A stretch of DNA of 64,000 bases from Verrucomicrobiia bacterium. GTDB taxonomy: Bacteria; Verrucomicrobiota; Verrucomicrobiia; JADLBR01; JAIBCM01. The DNA lies in NCBI GenBank assembly GCA_041395165.1, contig JAWLBA010000003.1, forward strand, positions 9,900-73,899, read 5' to 3'. Each line of letters opens with the position of its first letter. Position 1 is the stretch's first letter. The notes under the pieces are model-generated. The model did not search any database and had not been told where the DNA came from. It saw only the letters and a program-made list of their open reading frames with translations. This document shows positions 30,049 to 41,202 of this stretch, one piece after another. The position numbers and the translations under genes are program-made.

Positions 30049-31200
30049 TCACGTAAGCCTCTCTCTTTTCTTCCATACCCATCGCGTTTCTTCTTCGCTC
30101 GAAACGTGACGCGCAATACTCACTAACCATCCTGTCATAGCCAAAGCCACCACCAAATTTGATCCACCATATCTAATAAAAGGCAACGCCAACCCTTTAT
30201 TCGGTAACAAACGAGTAACAACTCCCATATTAATAAAAGCTTGCAACCCCACCAATGTCACAATACCTAGCGCCAGTAAAGTTCCCTGCCAATCCGAAGC
30301 GCGCGTTGCAATATAACCACCAATCACTACATACATGACAAAGCCTAACACAATCATTAACGTCGCCCTCAACCCTAACTCTTCACCAATAATTGCAAAG
30401 ATAAAATCGGTATGTGCCTCAGGAAGATAATAAAGTTTTTGGCGACTTTCTCCAATGCCCAAACCCTCTACTCCACCCGAACCCAGTGCAATCAATGACT
30501 GTGTTTGTTGCCAACCCTCACCCTTTTCCACCATTTTATTTTCACGACTGGCGTGCGCCCATAAACGACTTAATCGCTCTTTATCTTTCGATACAATAAA
30601 CCCCACACCTCCGGCCGCTATCACCATCGTTAAAACGAGATATTGCCAACGCACACCTGCCGCAAACCATAAAATCATCAACACTGCGCCCAACAACAAC
30701 GTCGTGCCTACATCTTTTTCAAAAAGAATGAAAAGCAAGACCACACCGCAAACCGCAGCAGGAATACAAAAACCATAAAGAAACGTTTTGACCCGTCGCT
30801 GATTTATATCATACCACCATGAAACAAATAGTAGTAAAGCCAATTTAGCCAATTCACTCGGCTGCAAAGTCAATCCTCCCAAACCCAGCCAACGATTTGC
30901 GCCATTAACTCGCTTCCCAATCCCCGGCACATAACATAAAGCTAAAAGAATCACAACCCCTCCCAACAACCACCAAATATTTTTATTCCAACAACGATAA
31001 TCTCGAAAAGCTGTGACTCCTAAAGCAATCAACCCTAAAATCAACCAAACCGCCTGATTTTTTAAAAATCGAAAACTATCTCCGGCATGGAGCGCTTCCC
31101 TAGAGAAAGCGCTCGCGCTATACAACATCACCAAGCCCAGTCCACAAAAACTGAACAAGATAAAAAATAAAAGCGTGGAACCCTGCCGTTTAAAAAGCAT
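30049..31200 (-). CDS. ftsW: SEDS peptidoglycan polymerase FtsW
   Basis: GANRWL, QPSELAK, SRQKL.YLPEAHTDFIFAIIGEELG, LPNKGLALPF..YGGS. Confidence 0.95.
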   Translation of the reverse strand: MLFKRQGSTLLFFILFSFCGLGLVMLYSASAFSREALHAGDSFRFLKNQAVWLILGLIALGVTAFRDYRCWNKNIWWLLGGVVILLALCYVPGIGKRVNGANRWLGLGGLTLQPSELAKLALLLFVSWWYDINQRRVKTFLYGFCIPAAVCGVVLLFILFEKDVGTTLLLGAVLMILWFAAGVRWQYLVLTMVIAAGGVGFIVSKDKERLSRLWAHASRENKMVEKGEGWQQTQSLIALGSGGVEGLGIGESRQKLYYLPEAHTDFIFAIIGEELGLRATLMIVLGFVMYVVIGGYIATRASDWQGTLLALGIVTLVGLQAFINMGVVTRLLPNKGLALPFIRYGGSNLVVALAMTGWLVSIARHVSSEEETRWVWKKRERLT

Positions 31201-32093
31201 AGATTTTTATTGTCCGGACATCGCAACATGAGAAGCCTCAATTTTTGAGGCGAAGCGGCTTTAGAAACTTCAGTTTCCACTGGAATCTTTAACTGCATAC
31301 CCACACCAATTTTATTAGCATCTTGAATTTGATTAGCTTCTAAAATTAATTGTGGTTTCGTGCCAAATTTTTTAGCAATTCGATAAAGCGTGTCACCCTT
31401 GATCACCGTATAATTCTCCATTCTTTTCGCAGTAGATTTTGTTTCTTCAACAGGTTTAGTCACAGTATTTTTCACACTGGCAACTACAGGCGTGGAATTG
31501 ATAGCAGGAGAAGAAACCGCTGTTGTTGGTTGCGATTGTGGCACCGGCATTACAGGTAAATTTTGCTGAGTCGCAATCATTTTCGAATCGGAAACTTTCA
31601 AAATCTGACCCAAACGAATCTTATCATTCGTCAACTGATTCCATTTCAACAAATTCACCAAAGTAATTTTGTATTGCTTGGCAATTTTACTTAATGTGTC
31701 ACCTTTCGCCACCGTGTGCAAAAGCGGCGCTGAAGCCACCATCTCTTTTTTTACTTCCTGAACAGCAGCCTTAGGCGTCATCACAGGCGGAGGCAAAGTA
31801 GAAGTGACAGCGGGTTTGGCAATATCCTTCTCCTCCGAAGCTACAGTAGGAGTCGTTTGACTGATTTCCTCTGCTATTTTTTGAACTTGCGGTTCGCTGA
31901 CTTCCATTTTTTTTCTGGATCGACTCTTTTGCGGTTTTTCCGAAACTTCGCTCACACTAGTTTCCGCACCACCTCGCCAATATTGAAACGCAAAAGCGCC
32001 ACCGATCACCACAAGATGAACAACTAAGACAATTAAAAAGACATGCGACAAACGAATACCTTCTTTACTTTCTTTTTCCCATTGATTTTCCAT
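31128..32093 (-). CDS. Membrane-anchored LysM-domain protein (2 LysM); true stop probably near 31207
   Basis: N-terminal TM (VFLIVLVVHLVVIGG), HTVAKGDTLSKIAKQY and YTVIKGDTLYRIAKKF; ATG 32093 preferred; overlap into ftsW suggests an indel. Confidence 0.85.
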   Translation of the reverse strand: MENQWEKESKEGIRLSHVFLIVLVVHLVVIGGAFAFQYWRGGAETSVSEVSEKPQKSRSRKKMEVSEPQVQKIAEEISQTTPTVASEEKDIAKPAVTSTLPPPVMTPKAAVQEVKKEMVASAPLLHTVAKGDTLSKIAKQYKITLVNLLKWNQLTNDKIRLGQILKVSDSKMIATQQNLPVMPVPQSQPTTAVSSPAINSTPVVASVKNTVTKPVEETKSTAKRMENYTVIKGDTLYRIAKKFGTKPQLILEANQIQDANKIGVGMQLKIPVETEVSKAASPQKLRLLMLRCPDNKNLCFLNGRVPRFYFLSCSVFVDWAW

Positions 32094-32115
32094 ATTAATT
32101 TCTCCTTTTTTGAAT

Positions 32116-33453
32116 TTAATCGACATTTTCCTGTAAAAGTTTTTGCACCATTGCTTTGAATTGATTGCCACGATCCGCATAATCGCGAAACATGTCAAAA
32201 CTGGAACAACCGGGTGACAACAACACCACATCACCTGCTTGCGCTAAACACACAGCTTGATTAAAAGCCTCTTGAAAATCTGGTGCGAACAAACAATTAG
32301 CCTTCACCCAGACCTGTTTTAATTTCGATGCAGTTTCTCCTATTAACACCACACCTCGAGTTCGTTTCGCTACTAGCTCTGCTACAGAATCAAATTCAAA
32401 TCCCTTATCCTTACCACCCGCAATTAAAACAATGGGATTAGGAAAACTTTCAATCGCTTGTACCATAGCGTCTACATTGGTTGCTTTAGAATCATTAATA
32501 AACGTCACCCCTTTTATTTTTCCAACCCACTCACATCGATGAGGGGCAAGACGAAAATTAATCAACGCCTTCACAATTGCTGACTCTTCGATTCCATAAT
32601 ATTGAGCCACTGCAATCGCCACCATGACATTTTCCGCATTGTGCAATCCCTCCAAAGGCAAGGATTCCATAGCAATAATTTTGCGACCATGATAACAAAT
32701 CACACCCTGTTCCAAAGTATAATCCGCCGCCAATCCTCGCGCAGAAAAAGTAATCGTTTTCGCTTTTAAATCCAACTGACCAAAGGAAGCATTAACAATT
32801 GCCAAATCACCAGCATCTTGATTTTTAAAAATTTTTAACTTTGCAGCAAAATATTCACTCATCGAATCATAGCGATCCATATGATCCGGTGAAATATTCA
32901 ACAACGCAGCAACTTTCGGATGAAAATGAACGGTTTGCTCCAATTGGAAAGAACTTGCTTCCACCACCGTCACATCTCGTTTATCGCTATCATGAATCAC
33001 TTCACTCAAAGCCAAGCCAATATTACCTGCAGCACACGATCTTTTACCACCCGCAGTTAAAATAGCATGAACTAACTCCGTTGTTGTTGTTTTCCCATTC
33101 GTTCCTGTAATCGCAATTAAAGGACATTGACAAAAACGATAAGCCAACTCCAATTCACTCCATATTGGTACTTTGGCTTTCAATAAACTTTGAATCATAG
33201 AGCGCCGAGGATCAATACCGGGGCTCAAAACTCCAAAATCAAAACGCATCTCATCCGCACGAATAAACTTTCCCAACTCAACATGAATTCCTCGCGCCAA
33301 CAAAGAATTAGCACGTTCTCTCAACAACTCATTATCCGATTCGTCTCTCACTGTAACCTCCGCTCCTAATCCATGAAGCAAACGCGCCGCTGCCAAACCA
33401 CTGGCACCCAGCCCGATCACCACAACTTTTTGTCCGCTCCATTTCATAACCAT
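32116..33453 (-). CDS. murD: UDP-MurNAc-L-Ala-D-Glu ligase
   Basis: [41 protein letters not shown]. Confidence 0.97.
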   Translation of the reverse strand: MVMKWSGQKVVVIGLGASGLAAARLLHGLGAEVTVRDESDNELLRERANSLLARGIHVELGKFIRADEMRFDFGVLSPGIDPRRSMIQSLLKAKVPIWSELELAYRFCQCPLIAITGTNGKTTTTELVHAILTAGGKRSCAAGNIGLALSEVIHDSDKRDVTVVEASSFQLEQTVHFHPKVAALLNISPDHMDRYDSMSEYFAAKLKIFKNQDAGDLAIVNASFGQLDLKAKTITFSARGLAADYTLEQGVICYHGRKIIAMESLPLEGLHNAENVMVAIAVAQYYGIEESAIVKALINFRLAPHRCEWVGKIKGVTFINDSKATNVDAMVQAIESFPNPIVLIAGGKDKGFEFDSVAELVAKRTRGVVLIGETASKLKQVWVKANCLFAPDFQEAFNQAVCLAQAGDVVLLSPGCSSFDMFRDYADRGNQFKAMVQKLLQENVD

Positions 33454-33469
33454 TCATGCTTCATCTACC

Positions 33470-34565
33470 TCATCGTAATTTCAAAGTTAACAAAGCCAGC
33501 GACGCAAAAAAAACGCCAAGAATCCAAAATCGAACCACCACCGTTGTCTCACTCCACCCTTTCAATTCGAAATGATGATGAAGTGGCGCCATCGCAAAAA
33601 TCCTTTGACCAGTCAGCTTAAAAGAGGCCACTTGCAAAATCACCGAAAGCGCTTCCATCACAAACACACCACCCACAACCAACAATAAAAATTCTTGATT
33701 AATACAAATCGCAATCGTGCCCAAAGCTCCCCCAATTGCCAAAGAGCCAGTGTCACCCATAAAAACTTTTGCTGGATAACAATTGAACCATAAAAACCCT
33801 AAAGTCGCGCCCACTAGCGCAGCAGCAATCACCGTCAACTCACCTGTTCCAGCCGTATAAGGCATAAATAAATACTCAGCCAATTTCACATTGCCCGACA
33901 CATAGCTAAAAATACCAAACACCAACGCCACAATCACCGTGCATCCCGCAGCCAAACCATCTAGCCCGTCTGTTAAATTTACTGCATTTGAAGAGCCCGT
34001 TAACACCAAAGCAAAAAAGCCAAAGCTCCCCAACCCATCGTTAAAATTGGTTCTTTAAAGAATGGCACTTCCAACTGAGACGCCTGTCGACTCGTTGCTT
34101 CATCACTCAACAAAGTGGCTCCGATCACAACAGCCAACACAATTTGCACTAAAAGTTTTACTCGACCCGAACTCCAGCCGATTTCTTGCGTTTCACTTTC
34201 AACAAATCATCCCAAAATCCCAACCCGCCTAAAATTAGCATCGCAAACAAAGTCAAAAGAACAAATCGATTTAAAATCGGTGCCCACAACACAGTAGCAA
34301 TCACCACCGCTGCTAAAATCATCACGCCCCCCATCGTCGGCGTTCCACTTTTTCCACCATGCAATTCAGCTAAACGATGAACCTCTTCCTTAGCATGAAT
34401 CGGTTGACCCAATTTTAACTCGGTTAACTTACGAATAATCCAGGGTCCAAAAAATAAACAAAACAAAAGACCCGTCGTCGCCGCCCCTAATGCACGAAAA
34501 GAAACGTAACGAAACAAGTTAAACGCACCAAACGTCTCAGAATAACGATGTAACAATTCTAACAT
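33470..34565 (-). CDS. mraY: Phospho-MurNAc-pentapeptide transferase, two apparent -1 deletions (~34170 and ~34030)
   Basis: [47 protein letters not shown]; adding one base at each site restores the frame. Confidence 0.93.
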
Positions 34566-35942
34566 GAGTGATTCCTTTCTGGAACGCTCCCTACCAACGC
34601 TTCTACCACCCGTTCTAACCGTGCTGAGCGCGACGCCTTCACCAAAATCACATCATTTGCACCTTCATTTTCCATAAGGAAATCGATAGCCTCTTCGATT
34701 CCACCAAAAGTTTTAACCTTTATCTTATTAGCAATTCCCTGCGCATAATTTTCCGCTTCACTCCCAATCGCTACCACCAAATCCAAAGGAAGTTGAGCTG
34801 CTTCTCGACCTACATAACAATGCCACTGGCTCGACTCCTCACCCAACTCACCCATACTACCCAACACCGCAATTCGTCGACCTGATAATCCAGCTAAATA
34901 ATGCAAAGCTGCTTTCATGGAACTGGGATTAGCATTATAAGAATCATCAATCACCTTTCCGCCACCTTGCGCAACATATACTTTCATGCGCCCGGAAGGT
35001 AAACTCACCCGCTTCAATCCTCCCGCCATCTCATCTAAAGAAAAATCTAACGATAAACCCGTAGCAATGGCCAAAGCAGCATTCCCCGCCAAATGTCGCC
35101 CCACCAATGGCAGTTCAAAAATTTTCTCATCGCCCTGAAAAATCACACGAAAAGATTGCCCGTTATCATTTTCTTTTAATTCAATTACTCGAACGTCAGC
35201 CGATTCACTAAACCCGGCTGTTAAAACCCTCCCTTTTGCTTTACCACGCAACAATTCCGTCCAAGAATCGTCTGCATTTAAAATGGCAGTCGCTTGAGTT
35301 TTCATTCCCTCAAGCAACGCTCCTTCCTCCTTGGCAACCCCCGCTTCATCTTTAAAAAATTCCAAATGTTCCAAACCAATATTGGTAATAACTCCCACAC
35401 TCGGCTTAACCAATTTCGTTAAAAAAGCAATTTCGCCTGGATGATTCGTGCCTAATTCCACTACCGCTGCTTCATGCTCAGGATTAATTTCCAAAAGCGT
35501 CAATGGCACACCAAGATGATTATTTAAATTACCCAAAGTTTTCGCAGTTTTACAACGTTGACCTAATGCTGCCGCAATTAACTCTTTTGTGCTTGTCTTA
35601 CCGTTACTTCCGGCTACCGCCACAATCGGAATCTTAAGACTATTGCGATAAACAGACGCTAACTGCTGTAATGCCAATACAGTGTCATCAACACAAATTA
35701 ATGGAAACTCTTTCGGCGTTTCTACATCACGCTCCACAACAGCAGTCGCAGCACCCCGTTCAATGGCTTCTCCAATAAAATTATGAGCATCGTAACGCTC
35801 TCCTTCAATGCAAAAAAGCAATCACCTTTTGTCACTCGACGCGAATCTGTGCTCACACCCAAACTTGAGTGGCACTCGAAACATTTCGTCCCGACAACAA
35901 AAATGCATCATCCCAAACTTCTATCAATTCCGAAAGCTTCAT
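34559..35942 (-). CDS. murF: UDP-MurNAc-tripeptide-D-Ala-D-Ala ligase, two apparent -1 deletions in first 130 bp
   Basis: ATG overlaps murE stop (TGATG); GVSTDSR, GSNGKTSTKE, NNHLGVP, DDSYNANPSSM, VKASRS. Confidence 0.92.
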
Positions 35943-37407
35943 CACTCGCATACCTCCTCCAGAATTTTTCGCGCCACTTCCCTATCATGAAAAGGGTAAC
36001 GCACGCCCTCAATTTCTTGATACGTTTCGTGGCCTTTACCCGCAATCAGAACAATATCTTCCGCTTCCGCTTCATTGAGTGCTGCACGAATTGCTTCCTA
36101 CGATCGACCACAACTTCAAAACCGTTGCCCTTTTTTAGCCCAGCCACGATTTCTTCAATAATAGATTCTGGCTTTTCAAATCGTGGATTGTCCGATGTCA
36201 CATAAACTCGATTACTCAACTCCATCGCAACGGCACCCATCAAAGGACGTTTGCTTCGATCACGATTTCCACCACAACCAAACACTGTAATCAAACGACG
36301 ATGTGGCACTTGTGCCAATGTTTCCAACGCTTTCCTTAATGCATCATCTGTATGAGCATAATCCACAAAAACTTTAAGCCCTCGAACATTCGGCACCGCT
36401 TCCAAACGACCTGGCACTGATGGCGCACTTTCTAAAGCTTGTGTTAATTCCTGAAAAGCCCCGCCCAACATCAATCCCGCTCCCATCGCCGCAGCAGCAT
36501 TAGCAACATTAAATTTCCCAAACAAAGGCAACGCTACGGAACAGTGTTGACCTCGATAAACAAATTCAGCCAAACAACCCCTATCATGCCAACCACGTAA
36601 TTCCCATCGTAAATCTCCAACATTTTCACCAAAAATAATTTTCCTGTCAGATTCCAATAAAAAATTTTTCAACAACATTTGACCACGTTCATCGTCTCCA
36701 TTCACCACCATCGCGCCAGGTTTTTGTTGCTGAGCCAAACCAGCAAACAAACGTTGCTTTGCCAAAAAATAAGATTCCATTTCCGAGTGATAATCCAAAT
36801 GATCACGAGTTAAATTAGTAAAAACCGCTACATCAAAATCCACTCCACCCACCCGATATTGATCCAATGCATGAGAAGAAACCTCCATCACGGCCGCACG
36901 ACAATTCTCTTTCACCATCCTTTGCAACAGCGCATACAACTCACACGATTCCGGCGTCGTATGAGTCGCCGGCTCAACGCAATCTCCAATCTCATAACAC
37001 ACCGTTCCAATCAATCCACAACGCAATCCCATCGATTTCAAAAGATGTTTTGTCAAAAAAGCCGTTGTTGTTTTACCATTCGTTCCCGTAATACCAACTA
37101 TTTGCAACTGACGATCTGGAAAATCGAAAAAGCGCTGCGCAATTTTTGCCATAGCCATTCGCGCATTCGCAACTTCAACTCGAGTCACTTCTGTTTCAAA
37201 ATTTTCCTCACCTACAACTGCCACCGCCCCATGACGAACCGCCTCTTGAATAAAATCGCGTCCTTGTTTTTGGCTTCCTGACAAAGCAAAAAAAAGATCC
37301 CCCTTTTTCACGCGACGCGAATCATAAGCCAATCCGTTTACTTGAATTTTTGTTTCACCAAAAAGACGAGCCGATGACACCTCCTGAATTAATTCTTGCA
37401 ACATCAT
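35942..37407 (-). CDS. murE: UDP-MurNAc-dipeptide-mDAP ligase, -1 deletion near 36095
   Basis: [46 protein letters not shown] (mDAP-type); shifted tail [11 protein letters not shown]. Confidence 0.93.
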
Positions 37408-39178
37408 CGGCTCGCCACCTCCCAGAAAGAAGTTTCAGGACTCAGATCCAAGTGTCGTGCAATGCGTGAAGCCATTGCGGAAAAAACGGGTGCTGCTACT
37501 TGACCGCCATAAATTCCACCACTAGAAGGCTCATCAATAATCGTTAACAGAGCAAACTCAGGATCTTGTGCTGGCAAAAACCCAATAAAAGATGCCAAAT
37601 ATCGTTTGTGCGAATATTCTTTCGCTTCATTATCCCATTTGCGCGAAGTCCCAGTTTTTCCCGCTACGGTAAAACCTTCGACTGCAGCTTTACCTGCTGT
37701 GCCTTCTTGTGAAACCACTGACGACAAAGCTTTAATCACCTGCTTCGCAATTTCCGGTCGAATAATCTGTTTCACAACTCGCGGACTGTAACGTGCCACC
37801 ACACTACCCTCTTCATCCAAAACCTCATGAATTAACATAGGTCTCATGAGAACCCCATCATTAGCAATGGCCGACATAGCAGTAATCATTTGCAAAGGTG
37901 TAGCAGCTACTTCATAACCAATCGGAACGCGCGTAATGGAAAGTTTCGACCACTTTGTCAAAGGTCGTAACGTACCAATTTGCTCGCCTGGCATAATCTG
38001 ATTTAAAACCGTTTGCCCAAAACCAAATTCACGAATGTAGCGATAAAGCAACGTCTCACCTAATTTTAAACCCAACTTAGCAAAACCAACATTACTGGAT
38101 TTTTGCAAAACCTGTTCCACCGTCAAAGTCCCATAACTGCTATGATCTCGTAAAGGTACGCCTGCCCAAAACCATAAACCATTTTCACAAAAAATCGGTG
38201 TATCAAGGGTTACCAGTCCCTCATTGAGTGTCGCAGCCGTGGTAACAATCTTAAAAGTCGACCCAGGTTCAAACGTGTCCGTTACACATCGGTTATCTTC
38301 CCAAGTTAAACTCGCTCGCTCGTTAGGATCATAAGTAGGACGATTGGCTAACGCTTTAAATTTCACCTGTTTTTTGGCCTCATCACAATTGCATAAGCGG
38401 CTGCAGGCGGAATAATTAGTCATTGCCTTGTCTAACTCTTTTTCAACAATGTATTGAATTGTTTGATCCAATGTAAGTGAAATAGAGTAACCATTTTTAC
38501 TGGCGCATCTTGCGAACGATAAGCGCGAATCTCGTGCCGACTGGCATCATGCTCTGAAACATACCAACCATCGATTCCTTTTAAATAATGATCCATCGAA
38601 GCTTCAATACCATCCTTGCCATTCCCTTCACTATCAACATAACCCAACACATGACTCGCATTTCGCCCTTCGGGATAACGACGTTGATATTCGTCCACGC
38701 CCAAAATGCCAGGCCATTGGAAGGCCTCGATTTTTTCCCAGGCTGAAAGCTCTACTTTCTTTTTTAAAACAACCAATGAACGAGAATCGTTTAAACGTTT
38801 TAAAATCTCCTCTGAATCCATTTCCAAAAAAGGCGCTAGCGATTGAGCTATTTGCTCTAAGGATATTCTTTTTTTAGGATTTTTTGTTTCCTGATTTTTT
38901 TGAATGATCTGTCGTATTCGAAAAAGATCTGCTTGAATGGTTTTATAAGGAATGCTGGTCGCCAAAAGATTACCATTACGATCCAGAATATCACCACGTC
39001 AGGCGTAAACCATTTTACGAAAAGTATGATTTGCTGCCTGCTCAGGCCTGAAATAATAATCATGCTTCCCTACCTGCACTTCTAACAAACGCAAGGAAAG
39101 AACAGTAAATAAAAAAACTAAACCGCTAATCGCAAGTACTGCGCGCTTTCGCATGTGTTCTGTCCAAGAAAAATTCAT
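37404..39178 (-). CDS. ftsI: Penicillin-binding protein FtsI/PBP3, in three frame pieces
   Basis: N-terminal TM, RGDILDRNG, RRYPEG, FEPGSTFK (SxxK), KSSNVG (SxN), GKTGT (KTG). Confidence 0.9.
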
Positions 39179-39534
39179 CGCGCTTGAGCCACTTTGGCAG
39201 GCGTTCTGGTAAAACAACGACACAACCCACCAAACCATCACACTGGTATTTGTTCTTGTTTTGATTTCAAACAGATTCATAATCCAGTTCTTGAACCCGA
39301 TTTCTTAAATTTTCGGGATTCTTTAAACGCGCGACATAAGCTTCTTGAATTTGATTTTTTCTTTAATTCGCGCAGCATTTTCGCCTGAAACTAAGTTTCC
39401 TCACTTAGATGCCGATGCGTGTTGTGTTGAACAATAAAACCCAAACCCAATAACGTAACAAAAAGAATAACGATACCCAGTTTAATAGCAGTGAAAACTT
39501 GAAAAGCTTGTGCTTCACGCAGTCGATTATTCAT
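39175..39534 (-). CDS. Putative FtsL-like division protein (in-frame TAG and frameshift; end approximate)
   Basis: ATG 39534 overlapping rsmH end with GGAGG RBS; single TM (IKLGIVILFVTLLGLGFIV) then coiled coil; lies between rsmH and ftsI. Confidence 0.55.
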
Positions 39535-40504
39535 AACGGCCTCCTGATTCTTGTTGAAGAGTTAATTTTTCCACCGCTCGCAATTTGGCGCTTCGCCTGA
39601 CGAGGATTATTGGCGAGTCTCTTCAGCACTCGCAACAATCGGCTTTTTGGTGATAAGTTGAAAAAATTTGTTTAGGATTCAGCACATAGCCAAATCCAAC
39701 GGGGTGTTTCTTCAAAAGCGCGACTTTTCTCCTGCATCGTGCGCTTCACAATTTGATCTTCAAGGAATGAAAAGTAATTACAGCCAGCCGTCCTTGCGGT
39801 TTAAAATTTTTTCCACTAACTCCGAGCACCTTTTTTAAGGCGCCCATTTCATCATTAACTGCCATACGAAACTGGCAGAAAAGAACGTGGCTGGATGATG
39901 TGAACGCGAGCCTCCACCGCGATAAACCTCCTCAATCACAGCCACTAAATTTTTTTGTTGTTTTTATGGGACGCGACATGGAACGCGCTTTCACAATCGC
40001 ACGCGCAATGGCTCGAGCTCTCAGTTTCCTCCACCATATTCACGCAACCAAAAAACCATATCCTCCTCCGTTGCCGCTTGTAAAAGTTGAAATAGCGGTT
40101 GCCCTTGTGACGGATCCATGCGCATATCCAAATCCGCATCCGAATCGAAAACTGAAACCTCGCTCCGGAGTATCGAATTGGTGCGAGGAAACGCCCAAAT
40201 CCAGTAACACTCCATCGAAACCATTTTCCGGCAACTCGTCGATCTGAGAAAAATTTCTTTTTTGGGCAGAAAATCGATCGCCAAATCGCATTAACCGCTT
40301 GCTGGCAAATGAAATAGCAACGGGATCGCGATCCCATCCCAACACACGCGCTCCCGCATTTAACAAAACTTCGCTGTGACCCCCACCACCCAATGTGGCA
40401 TCGAGATAACATTTTCCAGGCGCCGGTTGCAATACCTCTACAACCTCGCAGACCAAAACCGGCTCGTGATAAGAAGCCTCTTTCAGTAATTTTTCCCCAT
40501 TCAT
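39527..40504 (-). CDS. rsmH: 16S rRNA m4C1402 methyltransferase, several indels
   Basis: HEPVL, DATLGGGGHS, DRDP, DLGVSSHQFD..RGFSF, LDMRMD, HPATR, RSAKLRAVEK across frames. Confidence 0.92.
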
Positions 40505-40530
40505 TTTTTCCAATTCTTTGTTTTGTCGTC

Positions 40531-40958
40531 TTACAACCCTAAATCTTCCAAGCTCAAACGAGTTTCGCGTTTAATTTTACGACGTTTTTCATCCCAAATT
40601 TCAAAATGATCCAAAGCGCCAGCTAAAATGGCATTTTTCTTCAAGGCCGCATGATGACGTAATCTTTCCGAAATCATCACGCGCCCTTGTGCATCCCACA
40701 CAATTTTCTGTGCAATCATTGCGAGCGCCTCGATTTTTTTTCTGCGTTATCCGCCAACGGTAAATCAATAATTTTTTCCTGCTGTCATTATAACCAAGAA
40801 CTGGATAAACACTTCAAACAACCTTCGTTAGAAGGAAAAACAAACAGTTGCGATTCATACCCCTCATCTCGCCATTCCGATGGAATGGTAATACGCCCCT
40901 TCGCATCAAAGCCGTGCTCGAACGAATCCGCATAACTGGCTTTAAAGGGAGCATTCAT
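40531..40958 (-). CDS. mraZ: Transcriptional regulator MraZ, with frameshift
   Basis: FEHGFDAKGRITIPSEWR and WDAQGRVMIS..LR.HAAL..GALDHFEIWD; first gene of dcw cluster. Confidence 0.9.
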
Positions 40959-40989
40959 AATTTTTAAAGGGAGAATATGGTTTCTTTTT

Positions 40990-41031
40990 CCATATTCAAC
41001 CACTTTACACCATTTCTTGCCACCAACGCAA
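40990..41031 (-). promoter_or_regulatory. MraZ operator (four RTGG boxes, 10-bp period) overlapping putative dcw promoter
   Basis: Minus strand GTGG-caagaa-ATGG-tgtaaa-GTGG-ttgaat-ATGG (plus 41020, 41010, 41000, 40990); TTGCGT-N18-TAAAGT overlaps. Confidence 0.8.
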
Positions 41032-41202
41032 ATAAAAAATTATCTTTTTTTTAAATCTTTTTTGCTCAGCTAGATTAGCCAACCCAACCTAAAAATGACT
41101 TACCAAGATCGCTCAATAACAACCGCTCATCCTTTTTAACTTCGATTATTAATAAATTTTAATCACAAAAATCTCTTTGACGGTTTAAAACTTGCGGGCA
41201 CA

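Noticed and set aside
31128-32234. ORF-track N-terminal extension into murD and C-terminal overlap into ftsW for the LysM gene
   Set aside because: The extension is an alternate-frame reading of the murD 3' end. The real start is MENQWEK at 32093, and the tail overlap is best explained by one indel.
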